64,000 bases of DNA. It comes from Lingula anatina. Its lineage: Eukaryota; Animalia; Brachiopoda. The stretch covers positions 11,528,587-11,592,586 of the forward strand of contig CM120648.1 of assembly GCA_051362555.1 (NCBI GenBank), read 5' to 3'. The translations under genes and the position numbers were made by a program. Each line of letters begins with the position of its first letter. Position 1 is the stretch's first letter. The notes beneath the pieces are model-generated. The model was not told the origin of the DNA, ran no database searches, and saw only the letters and a list, made by a program, of their open reading frames with translations. Of the stretch, positions 36,806-49,264 are shown piece after piece.

Positions 36806-38008
36806 CTCCAGCTTGCGAACGACTTTAATTTGCGACGGCTTCCTCTGCTCTGCAATCCTGTTAAACTCGTAAAAACCATGAATTCGACTGAGATGTCTGT
36901 CAATGGTAGCTCATTTCTTGAAAAAGAGGAAAAGGAAGAGGACATTCCTGACTTGGGTTTCATCAATCTGTTTTATTTTGCTTTTGGTGGCATTGGGGTT
37001 TCAGTTTTGGCTTTTGTTGGCCTTATTCTGAATTTTCTCTCGGTGGCTGTATTTTCGCGTTTTGAGAAGCGAACCCCGACTGTGTTCCTTTTGATATGCT
37101 TGGCAGTGGCCGATAGCGTCCATATTGTTTCGGCGCTCCTTAACTTCAGCGTCCCAGCCATGTACCCTTATACTGGGTGGTTCAAAAACTACTTCTTTAC
37201 CCTGATTAAACACTCCCGGCATCTGTATGGGTTGAAGGTCGCCCTCTTCATGATCCCACCCTGGCTAGTAGTGCTCGTAACGGTCGATCGTTATATCCAC
37301 CTTTGCTCAGAGAACGCCCTAAGAAGTGGACCAACTGCAAGCATTAAGGTTTGGGCGTTTAGAGTCGGCGGCGTTGTGATTTTTGCTTTCCTCAACAATG
37401 TTCCACGATATTTCTTTGAGTGGCTGCCTGAGCGTCCATGTCCCTTGAACACAACGTCTCCCGTTTTTTGTCTCGGCGTCCCATCGCCGGTGTCAGAATA
37501 CACCAAAGTGTATTCTTTTATTTCTTATGTTTTTGTGCACTTCCTGGCTCCTTTCATTATCGTCATGGTTTTGAATGTGAAGATGGCTCATAACATGAGG
37601 GTTCTAGCCAAAAATCCAACCATGATTGCCATGCACAAGCTGGGCGTGCATCGCACTTTGATTAAAATGACCTTGGTCATCGCCATTACCACGTTAATGC
37701 CCTCCTTAACTGTGGCTCTGTCTACTTTCTTTGCACTCTTTGGGAACCAGCGCATTGACGGGATGCCAGGCATGGTTTTTGTTTCCCCAGTCATGGTTTT
37801 CCTCTATACACTTGGCTCCTGCGTTAATTTTTTCATTTATGGTCTTTTTGGGAAAAAGTTCAGACTCACTTTGAAGGCGTTGTGTTGTCACCGAAAGTCG
37901 AACAAGATAGGACAAGCTGCTTGCAATGTGGTGGGACACAAAACAAATGTAGAGCCAGACCAGCCAAAGCCTGGAGTGCGAGTTATCAGCACCATAGGTT
38001 CTGCTTGA
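36773..38008 (+). CDS. Intact intronless class A GPCR copy B1 (FMRFamide-receptor-like/putative chemoreceptor); likely true start 36878 (MNST...)
   Basis: Seven hydrophobic segments, TM1 N, LAVAD, DRY, NFFIY + helix 8 (GKKFR), N-terminal N-glycosylation sequons. Confidence 0.92.
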   Translation: MHAQVRHAFRLLQLANDFNLRRLPLLCNPVKLVKTMNSTEMSVNGSSFLEKEEKEEDIPDLGFINLFYFAFGGIGVSVLAFVGLILNFLSVAVFSRFEKRTPTVFLLICLAVADSVHIVSALLNFSVPAMYPYTGWFKNYFFTLIKHSRHLYGLKVALFMIPPWLVVLVTVDRYIHLCSENALRSGPTASIKVWAFRVGGVVIFAFLNNVPRYFFEWLPERPCPLNTTSPVFCLGVPSPVSEYTKVYSFISYVFVHFLAPFIIVMVLNVKMAHNMRVLAKNPTMIAMHKLGVHRTLIKMTLVIAITTLMPSLTVALSTFFALFGNQRIDGMPGMVFVSPVMVFLYTLGSCVNFFIYGLFGKKFRLTLKALCCHRKSNKIGQAACNVVGHKTNVEPDQPKPGVRVISTIGSA

Positions 38009-38079
38009 GCAGGAGTGACAGCCCTCGATAACCAGGTAAATGAGCAATATAATACGTTTGTTTGCCTTTGGTATCTTTC

Positions 38080-38135
<56 letters not shown>

Positions 38136-38616
38136 TATTTATTTATTTATTTATTTATTATTGTAGTAGTAGTAGTAGTAGTAGCAGTAGCAGTAGCAGT
38201 AGTAGTAGTAGTTCAGAACAGGCTACTGGCGCAAAGCCCAGCGTTGCAAACGGTAATATAGTAACAGTTTTGATCAATTTAAATGTTTTTTTTTAGAAGC
38301 AGAAGTTATCATAATTATAATAAAGGTCGTTAGCATACAAGTCTATATAGGCATCGTAGTTACTTTAAATTGAGCATCACAGACAGGGCTTTATTTATTT
38401 ATTTATTTATTTATTGTTGGCGTCAGTAACTGTGTATGCTCTTTCATTTACGTTTGTTTTAAAGATTTAGAGTATATTCCTATTTGTTATTTACAAAAAG
38501 TTTTAATATTCTGGGATTTTTTTAAAATTTAGCATGATCAAGTTTTTTCAAAATGTTTTTCGTGCATTTTGGCAACAGTCACTTTTCACCTTTACCGGAA
38601 GTTATTTCTTACAATC

Positions 38617-38884
38617 ATGTGGCTGATTTAGGGGGTGTCAAGGGAGGTCCTGCCCCCCCCCCCCTTCGATTTCTGAAAAACAAAAATCACACCAATTGGC
38701 CCCTCTTGAAATTAGAATTGTGACTAGCTGAATCATAGTTCTGAACCGTACCAAATGGCACCGTTTGCCCTCTAAAATACCTCATTATTTTGGGACCCTT
38801 CACCGGGTTGCACATCCCACGGCACAAGGGGGGTCTGCTTTGCATCTGCTTACCCCCCTTAATTAATCCTTGATACCGCCCCTG
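38617..38884. mobile_element. Degenerate CAG-type MITE; duplicate at ~59400-59682; related fragments at 33152, 52048 and 20745
   Basis: CATGTGGCTGATTTAGGGGG...TACCGCCCCTG termini; shared CCCTTCGATTTCTGAAAAA core. Confidence 0.55.
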
Positions 38885-39844
38885 TATTAGTGTCTCTTAT
38901 TAGCAACGCGAATTAAATTACCATTTCTCATGCCATGTTTTAGAAGAAAAATGATCTTATTGTTTAGTAATAGACATATTTTATAACAGTGCAGATACAT
39001 GTTTGATAACTTATCACACCCCGTAATTAACAACTGTGAAATATGAAATACAAGCAGATACAATCATGCACAGTTGGTCAGCATTGCACAGTAGATTGTG
39101 AAGTGTACAAGTGTCAAAACCAAGCTAAATGTTCTGAGATATTATGAAAGAAGAATCGCTGTAACACAATTTTCCAAACTGTTTTTATCATGTCGTAGTA
39201 TTTGAGGCATTTACCGCAATTTCCATGTTTTTGAGGTGAAAATTGGTGAAAATTCTAACGAAAATTTAATTTTTCAACATCTTACTTGACTAGAGGTAAT
39301 TAATTATGATTCATTGAATTATTTTGTTTTGTATCAGTATTTGCACCAAACAACTTTGGTGTATGTAGTTATCAGCGCTATTGGATATGCTATAATCTGT
39401 GCGATTTAAGGAAAAGTTAAAGAATTTCTAAGAAAATTGCTATTGCAACATATAGGTGTAGCGCTGATTATTTTCTTTTTAGATTGCTGTTTACTGCACG
39501 AATGTTGAAGTAGTAATTTAAGGTTACTGTTACCCTTTATATAAACCAAATACCGAAAACGAGTTTTTTCCTGCATTTAATTTTTCAGTAATGTATATAT
39601 CTTTGTGCTGATTTAAAACTATGAAAAGGTTCTCGAAAACATCAAATATCTGCGTTTATATTTTCTGTTGCAATGTATAAGCATAGGCAACTCAAAGCTT
39701 TCATCGTCAACTTAACAACTATTTTGGGGTGAAATAGCAATTAGTATGGGGCGTAACTTTATCCCTGAACAAGATTTTATCACGAAAATTGGCAGAGTTG
39801 TCCAGAAGAGTATAGACTACAATAGAATGCCATTTGGTTTAAAT

Positions 39845-39877
<33 letters not shown>

Positions 39878-39961
39878 TATGGAGTTATGAGCTCCTTATT
39901 ACAGATTTTCATTAAACAATGGCATTATTTCCTTTATCATCTATGATAAAATCTGAACTAA

Positions 39962-40144
39962 CACCCCATTTCCATAAATTTTTAGATCGATCTAAAGCGT
40001 CTGTCCCGCCTACTAAAAGCTGTAAGGGGGTAATTAACTATGGTGCTCGCTATAGGCTGACTGCAATTTAGCGTGAACCCCCAGGGAGTAAGGTCGATCT
40101 AAATCTTAATCTCTAGATCGATCTAAATCTCTGGGAAATCACCA
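39962..40144. mobile_element. MITE with TAA target duplication (PIF/Harbinger-like), present only in the first duplicate
   Basis: Empty site GAACTAAGAC at ~60721; here TAA flanks both sides; internal TTTAGATCGATCTAAA dyads. Confidence 0.6.
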
Positions 40145-42143
40145 TAAGACTTTTAAGAAAATCGGTGGTAAGGCTCTGGAGTACTAAATAGTGCCATTAA
40201 ATCGGCGTTGAAACGGTGATCGTGGGAGCTCAGGTAAAAAAGAAATATGAGAAACCAATTTTTCAGTTTTTTACCTAAAATCGAGATTATGACGCCACCT
40301 GTAAGATGACATATGTGTAAATGTTAATCTTTAATTAGAATTTAGTTACTGAACACTGAAGATTTATTTATTACCCAAAGAATGTACATGTATGTAAGGC
40401 AGTGAAAAAGGAGTTTTGGGCGAAGGGTGACATCATCCTTAAAAGAGACATATATTGTATTATTGCAGACCTTGGGTACAGTATGCCAAGGACGTTCAGG
40501 GTGTGGAAGGCTTTGACATTACCGATGCTGCAGCGATTTTCTTCTGCGTAGAAAAATAGAGAGCACTGCTCGAAGGCAGACCTTCAACAAGGCAGAATGC
40601 ACATGTACATATTAACAAACTAAATGGATTGTTTTTAAATATCAGGAGTGACGGATCAGTTTGTAGTTCCCTCCTGAATAACTGTTTATCCTGAAAATTT
40701 CTCCGTAATTGGCGAAAAACTGTTGAGATTTTTGTCAACAAATATACAAGCGCCTATGAAAATATACTAACTTCGCCGGTGAAAATTTACATTGGTGGAT
40801 AGTTCATGCATAACTGACACAATACAAATATACTATTTATAAATCGTTGAAAACTCAACAACCTGGAGATAGTTTGGAGCATCAGGAGTTAATTAAGCCT
40901 TGAAAAGAAGAGTCACCTACGTTTAATAAGAAACCAGGCGACATCACACGCTGAACTTAAGGTAAAAGAAGACATTTGCAGACCCGAAATAATCTCTCGC
41001 CTTTTATTCACCAGAAATGGCTGGACATAATGTATTTTTATATTATATTATATTCGGATTCCTCTGCTTCTCTTTATACAAAAGTGACTGAATTCAAAAC
41101 TCACTGTAATGAAGACCGTCCTTTTACATAATGCAATGTTTGCCCAGTCTCGAGCTCCTTCACAAACTACTTAAGAGAGAATGATGCTTGTGACGCAACT
41201 TTGGAAAAGCTTCGAGCACCTCAGGCACTATGTATGCCACTCCAGTGACTAGAGGGTGTAACATTTACGTCTCTGAGCACACAGCGTCGCCGTCTGAACG
41301 CAAAGCTTTGGGATGTTTTCAGCGAAATTCACCTCGAATCATAATAGAATTTTTTTTGTATATTGAATTAATAGGCCGTAATCTTAGATTTTATTAATTT
41401 AGTTTATCAAACTATTTGAAGTTTTTATGTGGTTTAAAATCGTTTAAATGAAAATGTATATGGCGCAACTATTTTTAAGGAAAATATGTACATGTATACA
41501 TATTTGAAGACATTTCTTTCTGTCATAACTTGTCATGCAAACTTGGACAGTGGACACTCAAACGATTTTTTATACAGCCATCTATAGAGCACCTTTGGTA
41601 GAAAGTATAGATATAGCACAAATCGCCCACTGCATTCGACATACATGAGAGCCATTAATTAAGGCGTAGTCGACATAATTGCACTCTTGGTTGTAGCATA
41701 CAGTGGGAGCCAATTACTTGTACATAACAATTGGTTTTCTCAAACAAAGGGCATCTGAGTGATGGTGTTATGTTCAAAATTAGGAATAATGAAAAAAAGT
41801 CTGTTGATATCTAGCGAAAAATCGATCCGTGTCTCTTGAAAAGGGTCACTTGTAATTGCTTTATCTACTTGCCAGTGCTTCGTACAATAGGATAATTGTA
41901 CACTTGTATTTCACTTTGAAGCATATTACGATACAGCCCAGATCAGGCCTCTGGTAGTTATGTAGGCAACTCTGGGAGTTGCATCTCCTTTCCCAAATAT
42001 TACTGCAATCATCCTATCGTTCGAAGTTGCGGTATGATAACAAATACATTACGGTTCTTTGGTGGGCCCTAGATTACGATGGAATGATAAACTGAGAAAA
42101 TTTGGATGTTAACGTTCATTTGTCCATGGCCATTTATCACTAC

Positions 42144-42176
<33 letters not shown>

Positions 42177-42185
42177 GTTTGTTTG

Positions 42186-42217
<32 letters not shown>

Positions 42218-43324
42218 AGAACTTAAACGCATATATACATACATAAACGTACTTCTCATGGCAAACGCTTATGTTCACTAGGCTACCATATTGTGTTATA
42301 TCTTAAGTTTAACTTGTTACCATTCCATTTTTGCATTATTGTATTGTATTGTTTTGTAATTTATTGTATTGTATTGTATTGTAACGTATTGTATTGTATT
42401 GTAACGTATTGTATTGTATCTGAAGTGCCAGCCACTAAGAAATAAATGAACTGGAATTGAACTATACGATTTAATCTGAAACAGTGTTGTTTGACAGAAC
42501 TGGATGAAACGAGACCATTGCATGCTTATCGCTTTATTAAAAAACTATATTTATTAAATCGCAGCCCATTGGTTGAAATTCTACTTTTTATGAGGGTTAT
42601 GCAATTGCCTGGAGTAAGAGTGAAGCCCCTAATGATGCCTTGTCTTGATCTTGTATATTCCACTCAGTAATTTAAGCATAGGAGACGTTTTATATAATAA
42701 TTAAAGAGTGGGGATAAAAAAATATTGGCGGTGGACACAAAAAGAGAGGAACTTTGGCAGAGAGAAGGAATATTCCCATGGGAGGACAGTTAAGGGATGA
42801 CGTCAATTCTGTGCCAAATTACTCGCTGGTTTGTACAGAAATGTGCACAGAATCAGCCAGAGAAACATCTGTCAATCGAATGCTTCTCCCATAGCTTGAG
42901 AAGCACCTCTTCTACATGCAGCCTCTCCCTCAGTTACAAATTAAGATATGATATCGATAATCAGAACTTTCCAACCAACAGGGACAGTCCACCCAAGGCA
43001 CACTGAAAATCTGAAGTGTACATCCCTGAGGATAAGTTTATTATCACCAAAGGTTCATTTTCTTAACTTCAATTGTCAAGGGGGAGATAGTGGGCATGTA
43101 CATGTACAACGGGGGAAAAGTAGAATTACCCCCAGGGATAACCCTACCCACAAGTGTAATGAAAATCCTAATTGCCCATGCACAACCTGACGAAAGGTCT
43201 ATTAATCACCATTGTGCATTTGGGGGAGGGCAGGAAGCGTGCAAACGGGGAGGGTGGGGGGGGGGGGGGGTAGTTGCCCTCTCCTTTGGACGTGTAGATT
43301 TATAGTTGCTGATATAGTATTATT

Positions 43325-43555
43325 TATTATGGTACTTTGGCAGTAAAACTTGTGATAGTTGTGACATTGAGTGATGTGGTATTGTGGTACTGTGGCAGTA
43401 AAAAGTGTGGTAAATGTGACATTGAGTGTTGTGGTATTTTGGAACTGTGGCCGTGAAACGTGTGGTGGTGGTTACATTGAGTGTTGTGTTATTGTTGTAC
43501 TGTGGCAGTAAAACGTGCAGTAAATGTGATATTGAGTATTGTGTTATTGTCGAAC
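43325..43555 (+). repeat. ~55-bp minisatellite (4-5 units); duplicate at ~63835-64000
   Basis: GGTACTGTGGCAGTAAAA..GTGACATTGAGTGTTGT units. Confidence 0.85.
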
Positions 43556-45523
43556 TTGGTGGAAAGTGTGGAAGATCTGATTACAGCTTTGTGTAAGATA
43601 TGCTTCATACCCGCTCCCCGTAGCTCTTGATAAATTTAAGAATGGATCGATAATATGGACAAGAGAGAGAGAGATTCCATATAAAAGGTGTACTCAACAA
43701 ATGCAAGACATAGTTCTCGTTACATTTTAGCAATTTTTTTTCTAACTGCAAACACCTGTGTAATTGTATTGTTCCAATGCAGTAACAGCTCAGATGGCAA
43801 TGACCGTCTCTGGGCAGTCAGTTGGCAGCGCATAACGAGTATGATTATTGTTTTAGTGGAAGTGTTAGCAATTAAATAACTTGTGAAGGATAACTTACGT
43901 AAAGATTATTTTTAGATGAGATTGCATTATTTAAGCTAGAAGAATTTATTAGGTTTATTTAGTATATTAAGTAGAACGTATCGTTTAGTTTTTTTTTTAT
44001 TTCTCTTGATGTTTCACTGTACTATTTTCTTTTTTTTCTACTTTTCACCAGTTCAGTACAGTTTGGCTGAGATCAGTTCATTTTAATACAGCTCATTAAA
44101 CAGTAAGAGTTCAGTTCTCTGGATGACTCGGCAGCATTTAATATCTAACGATGATTGTTCGTATTTCTTACTCGTTGTCCGCTACATTATGGAAATGTCA
44201 CAATTAAAAACACTGATATTTAAATTGTTTGGTACCAATTAAAAGTCAAAACAATACCATTTGTGATTTACTTAAGTCGTTGGATATTTTATCATTGTAT
44301 CTATCCCACCAAAATGGACGCGAATTGTTATGGACTGACAAGTTACTGATACACTGGAGAGTAGTACACAGTCTTAAACTGAAGAAGGTCACGCTGTGAC
44401 CGAATGCTTTGATTATGTTTTTTTCATTTTGTGTAGAAATTATGATTAATATCAAAGGACTTCGCATATGAATCTTCTTCAGAAAGTATAAATTAATGTA
44501 TTGGTGTTTGATTTTGAGATTTTTATGAGTAATAAAACATGACTGTATTAAATGTTGTTCAGTTTTATATTTGATGATATAATGTCGTATATACATAGCA
44601 TTCTTCACGTGATAATCCAAACCAAAAAAAGCAGTGGACTCGAGATCTCATGATTTCAGTTTCATCCCTTCTATCTCAAGTACCGAATGACCCAGTCTTT
44701 TTTAAAACTTCCATGCACTTCTGTATGCTTTTATGACTAGTAACAACAGCTTGCTTGGCTACAATTATCACTGATCAGTCACTCGTAACGCGATATCAGA
44801 TCATTTCTGTTAAGCCGAATAACAATGTCGGCTTTGCGAGATAATGATACCCTAGCTATTACATTCCCTTTACTTGGGGTGCAGGTTGATTTTTGCCAAG
44901 ATATTCACAGATTTGTCTCTGGCTTAATCATGATAACTTTTTAGTGTGTCCAGTGCGATTTTTTGCTAAAAATTTATTTCATTACTTTCAATTTTTGTAG
45001 AATACCTGAAATGCAATTTATTTAAAAAAGACCACCAGAGTAGATGACAAGACATCTAGTAGAGATAACAACTATGAGATGGTGTTTCCAAAGATTAAGA
45101 AAAATCATTCACCTCTTTAATGATAATAAACAAGAAAAGCATTCAGTGTTCAGAAACCTCCGCTTGGCATCCGCCCCCCCCCCCCTTAAATCCTGGATCC
45201 CCCCCCCCCCCGCCTCTGCGTTGTGCACAATAATAAAATGTCTTATGTGAATTATTCATTATTGGGAGAAATAGTGTAGGTTAACCGATACAATAATTTT
45301 GACTCTTTTCGTTTGGCAAGTATTAAACGGAAATATATTCTTGATGCTAATTAAGGAAGGGGCTACTCCTTCGATCGCAATTCCGTGATTAATTGTTCTT
45401 AAAAAGAATTACTTACGCTGAGCCGCTCCTTAGACAATTTTAGTGACTCAACGCAGATTGATTTGTTACTATCGAACCTACATTTATTTATTTATTTATT
45501 TGTTCTGAATCATCATCATCATC

Positions 45524-45582
<59 letters not shown>

Positions 45583-46941
45583 GCACCACTAACATTTCTC
45601 TTAATCTTTTTTCCATCTGTTTTCCACTCCAGACATACGTAATAATTAAATTTAGGGGTTTAAGCGCAATTTCGATTTCCTTTACCTTCGATGCCATTTC
45701 TTCTTGGAAATGTATTGAGATCGCAAGTATTCTTTTGTCACGAACCAATTAACTGTCATCATTACCAGACTGAAGAACCTATTTCAACAGCTTAAGTTAC
45801 ACGTAATATCTTAAATGACAAAGCATGTAAACAGTGGCGGATATATGTGACAACATTTTCTCTTTTGACACAGCCACAGATATTTTGATTTGATAACAGC
45901 GATCCTTGAGGCAGAGGGTTTGAAATTGAAGTATTGATAACGTATAGGTAAAAACCACCAAAACGATTGTTTTAAACTGTTTAACGGTAATATAAGGGAA
46001 TACCTTGCACTCCGCCTGCCCTGTTTTGATTCTTCTTACTTGATCTTTTCGTCCTGCACAAGGAGACACAAATATCCAAAAATTATGACAGGATCAATTT
46101 TTTATTGGTTTACTTCAATCAAGGATAATTCGGCACTAGATTTAATGAAATATCAAAATAAATATCAAAATAAATAAATAAATAAATAAATAATTAAAAA
46201 TAAAATAAAATAAAATAAAATAAAAATAAAAAAGGAACACAAAAAAGTCAACCTTACTCAGAAGGAATTCATTCATTTTTGTCAATGCAGGCCCATTTCC
46301 CAATATAGGTGCACTACTAACTGAATTACCTCTCGGGAATGTAATTTTTTACAGTATTCAAGTCAACATCAAGCTAAGTTAAACTTAAGCCATTGTTTCT
46401 CTTGTGAAATTGTCCCCAGATGCTTCCTGTACTAAAGAAAAGGGAATTTTATAATAATACATGCGATTTTAATATGCATGAAACTACAAATGGAATCATA
46501 AGAGTATCGTAAGAGTTAGGGAATATGACACAGAAAGTCCGTAAATCAAAGTTCTCTCCTAGGAAATTAGGTGAGCACCTTGATTCAGTCTTTACCACTA
46601 AGCTAAAAGCAAAAACTATAAAGTGCTGGAGCGAGTTGTTTCTAACTAACCGTTCACAAAGGTTAATGATAAAAGACTAAGAACAAGGAGACGCGAGGAG
46701 TGGCAAATTGAACCGACGGGTTTTTAATTAATTATCTTATTGACTGGAGATTTGTATAATACCCCTGGAAAGCTTACGTGAGATAATGCACCCACGTGAT
46801 CTAGGCCAGATCACTTTGAGCGCCAGATAAGATGTTCAAGGCATTTGACGCGAGAAGGTTGCAATGTATTATTGGCATACATATCGAGAAAACATACTCG
46901 CATCTCCCTCTAAAACCGATTTAAGCTTCACATACCTGTAG

Positions 46942-47018
<77 letters not shown>

Positions 47019-47871
47019 CTACAATACAATATGAAGCGGATCTGAAGCTTTAAAATGGAAGTCACGTTTTACCGGCAAGAGCTAATGTATGGTAACTAAA
47101 AGCAAACTTTTGGGAGTTGAAGGTATTTGGTGTTATGGGCGCGTGCACTCATATTCAATATTGGTCATTTCGTATGCTTGAGGAGTTTCATTTTTTGTTT
47201 TAAAAAATCCTTTAGAGAAAATGTGCTCAATAACATTCTTATAACTGTCACTGAAAACGACATTTTGCCCCCATTCCTACATTCAACACTGAACGAAGGG
47301 AACTGCATCAACCCCTTTTCCAGATTAAAACGCCACGCTGACTTATCAACGGATGTGTGTCACAGTAAAGGACAGTCACAAGCTGACAGAGTGAAGTTGT
47401 CTTTCAGATGCTGTTATTTTCCAACTTAAAAGTCCAATGCGAAAATAAGACGGGTTTCGGAGAGTCATAAGATTAATTCTTGACATTAGTTGAACACAAT
47501 GTCAATATGTTATTATGGCAATTGTAGTAGAAAATTGCTGCAAGGTCCTTTTTACAAGACAAACATCGAAAGATCTGGGAAATTATGTGAGGCATCATCG
47601 TATCAGTAGGCGTATGCTTGCATGGTTTATACGTGCAACACTTACACGGCGCCTTTTAATTAATATCAGTTGTCATTGAAAAGTTACGGATCAATTTCGC
47701 ATCAACTACATAGGCCAAGTTAAATCGCGAGACGTTAATTGCCAGCTGCCTACACACACTGTATAAATGCATGCTCCAGTAAGACATGAATTCAGACTTC
47801 TCCAGCTTGCGAACCACTTTAATTTCCGACGCTTTGCTCTGCTTTGTAATCTTTTTAAACTTGTAAAAGCC

Positions 47872-48994
47872 ATGAATACGACTAAGATTTCGGTCAATGG
47901 TAGCTCATTTTTTTGGAGAAGACGAAAAGGAAGAGGACATTCCTGACTTGGCCTTCATCAATTTGTTGTATTTCTCTCTAGGTGGCATTGGGATTTCGCT
48001 CGTTTGTCTGGTTGGCCTTAGTCTGAATTCTCTTTCGGTGGTTGTATTTTCACGCTTCGAGAAATGGACCCCGAATGTATTCCTGTTGATATGCTTGGCA
48101 GTGGCTGATAATATCCATCTGTTATCGGCGCTTTGTAACGTAGGCATCCCGGCCATGTACCCTTATACAGGGTGGTTCAAAAACTACTTCTTTACCCTGA
48201 TGAAACACTCCCGGCTTCTGTATGGGTTGAAATATTCCATCTTCCTGATCCCACACTGGATAGTAGTGCTCGTAACGATTGATCGTTATCTGCACCTTTG
48301 TTCAGACAACGCCCTTAGGAGTGGACCAACTGCACCCATCAAGGTTTGGGCCTTAAGTGTTGTCGGCGTCGTGGTTTTTGCCTTTCTAACCGATGTTCCA
48401 CAGTATTTCTTTGGATCCTTGCCTGAGCGTCCTTGTCCTCTGAACACAACGTCCCCAGTTTTTTGCCTCGGCGCCCCATTACCGTTCTCAGAATACCACA
48501 AAGTGTATACCGTTTTTTCTTACATTTTGGTGCACTTCCTGGTACCTTTCATTATCGTTTTGGTTTTGAATGTGAAGATGGCTCATAACATGAGGGTTCT
48601 TGCCAAGAATCCGACCATGATTGCCCTGCACAAGTTGGGCGTTCATCGTACTTTGATAAAAATGACATCGGTCATTGCCCTTAATACTTTGGTGCCCTCC
48701 GTAACTGTGGCTCTGTCTACTCTCTTTTCACTCTTTGGGAACCAGCGCATTTGCGAAAAGCGAGGCATGGTTTTTGTATACCCAGTTATGATTTTGTTGT
48801 TTACACTTAGCTCCTGCATAAATTTCTTCATTTATGGTCTTTTCGGGAAACAATTCAGAAGCACTTTGAGGTCGCTTTGCTGCAACGGAAAGTCAAGAAA
48901 AGAGGAACAAGCTGCGGGACGCAACAGAAATGAAGAGCCGGATAAGTCAAAGCAAGGAGCGCAAGCTATCATGAGCACCATAGGTTCTGCTTGA
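47872..48994 (+). CDS. Class A GPCR copy A2; +1 T frameshift at ~47908-47914, full 7TM ORF from alternative ATG 47897 (possible pseudogene or homopolymer error)
   Basis: Homologous start GCCATGAATACG at 47872 is out of frame (TCA TTT TTT T GGA versus TCA TTT CTT GAA in paralogs); the 365-aa ORF retains all TM segments. Confidence 0.8.
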
Positions 48995-49189
48995 GCAGGA
49001 GAAACCAGCCTTCTTTAATAAGGTAAACATAGAATACGTTTGTTTGCCATTGACATTTTTTCCTCTCAATATTATTATCATTATTATTACATAGGTTGCA
49101 GAATCCAGTGTAACAAATGGTAAAATTGTTACAGTTTTGTCCAGTAATGTCATGGAAATATATATAGAACCAAAGGGCTAAGGTCGTTA

Positions 49190-49264
<75 letters not shown>

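Noticed and set aside
36773-36877. 35-aa N-terminal extension MHAQVRHAF...
   Set aside because: Its ATG overlaps the putative TATA box; the downstream ACCATG/GCCATG followed by glycosylation sequons is the more typical start. Not fully excluded.
42797-43305. ORFs at 42.8-43.3 kb and 63303-63785 (160 aa)
   Set aside because: The frame is not preserved between the two duplicates and I recognise no protein family.
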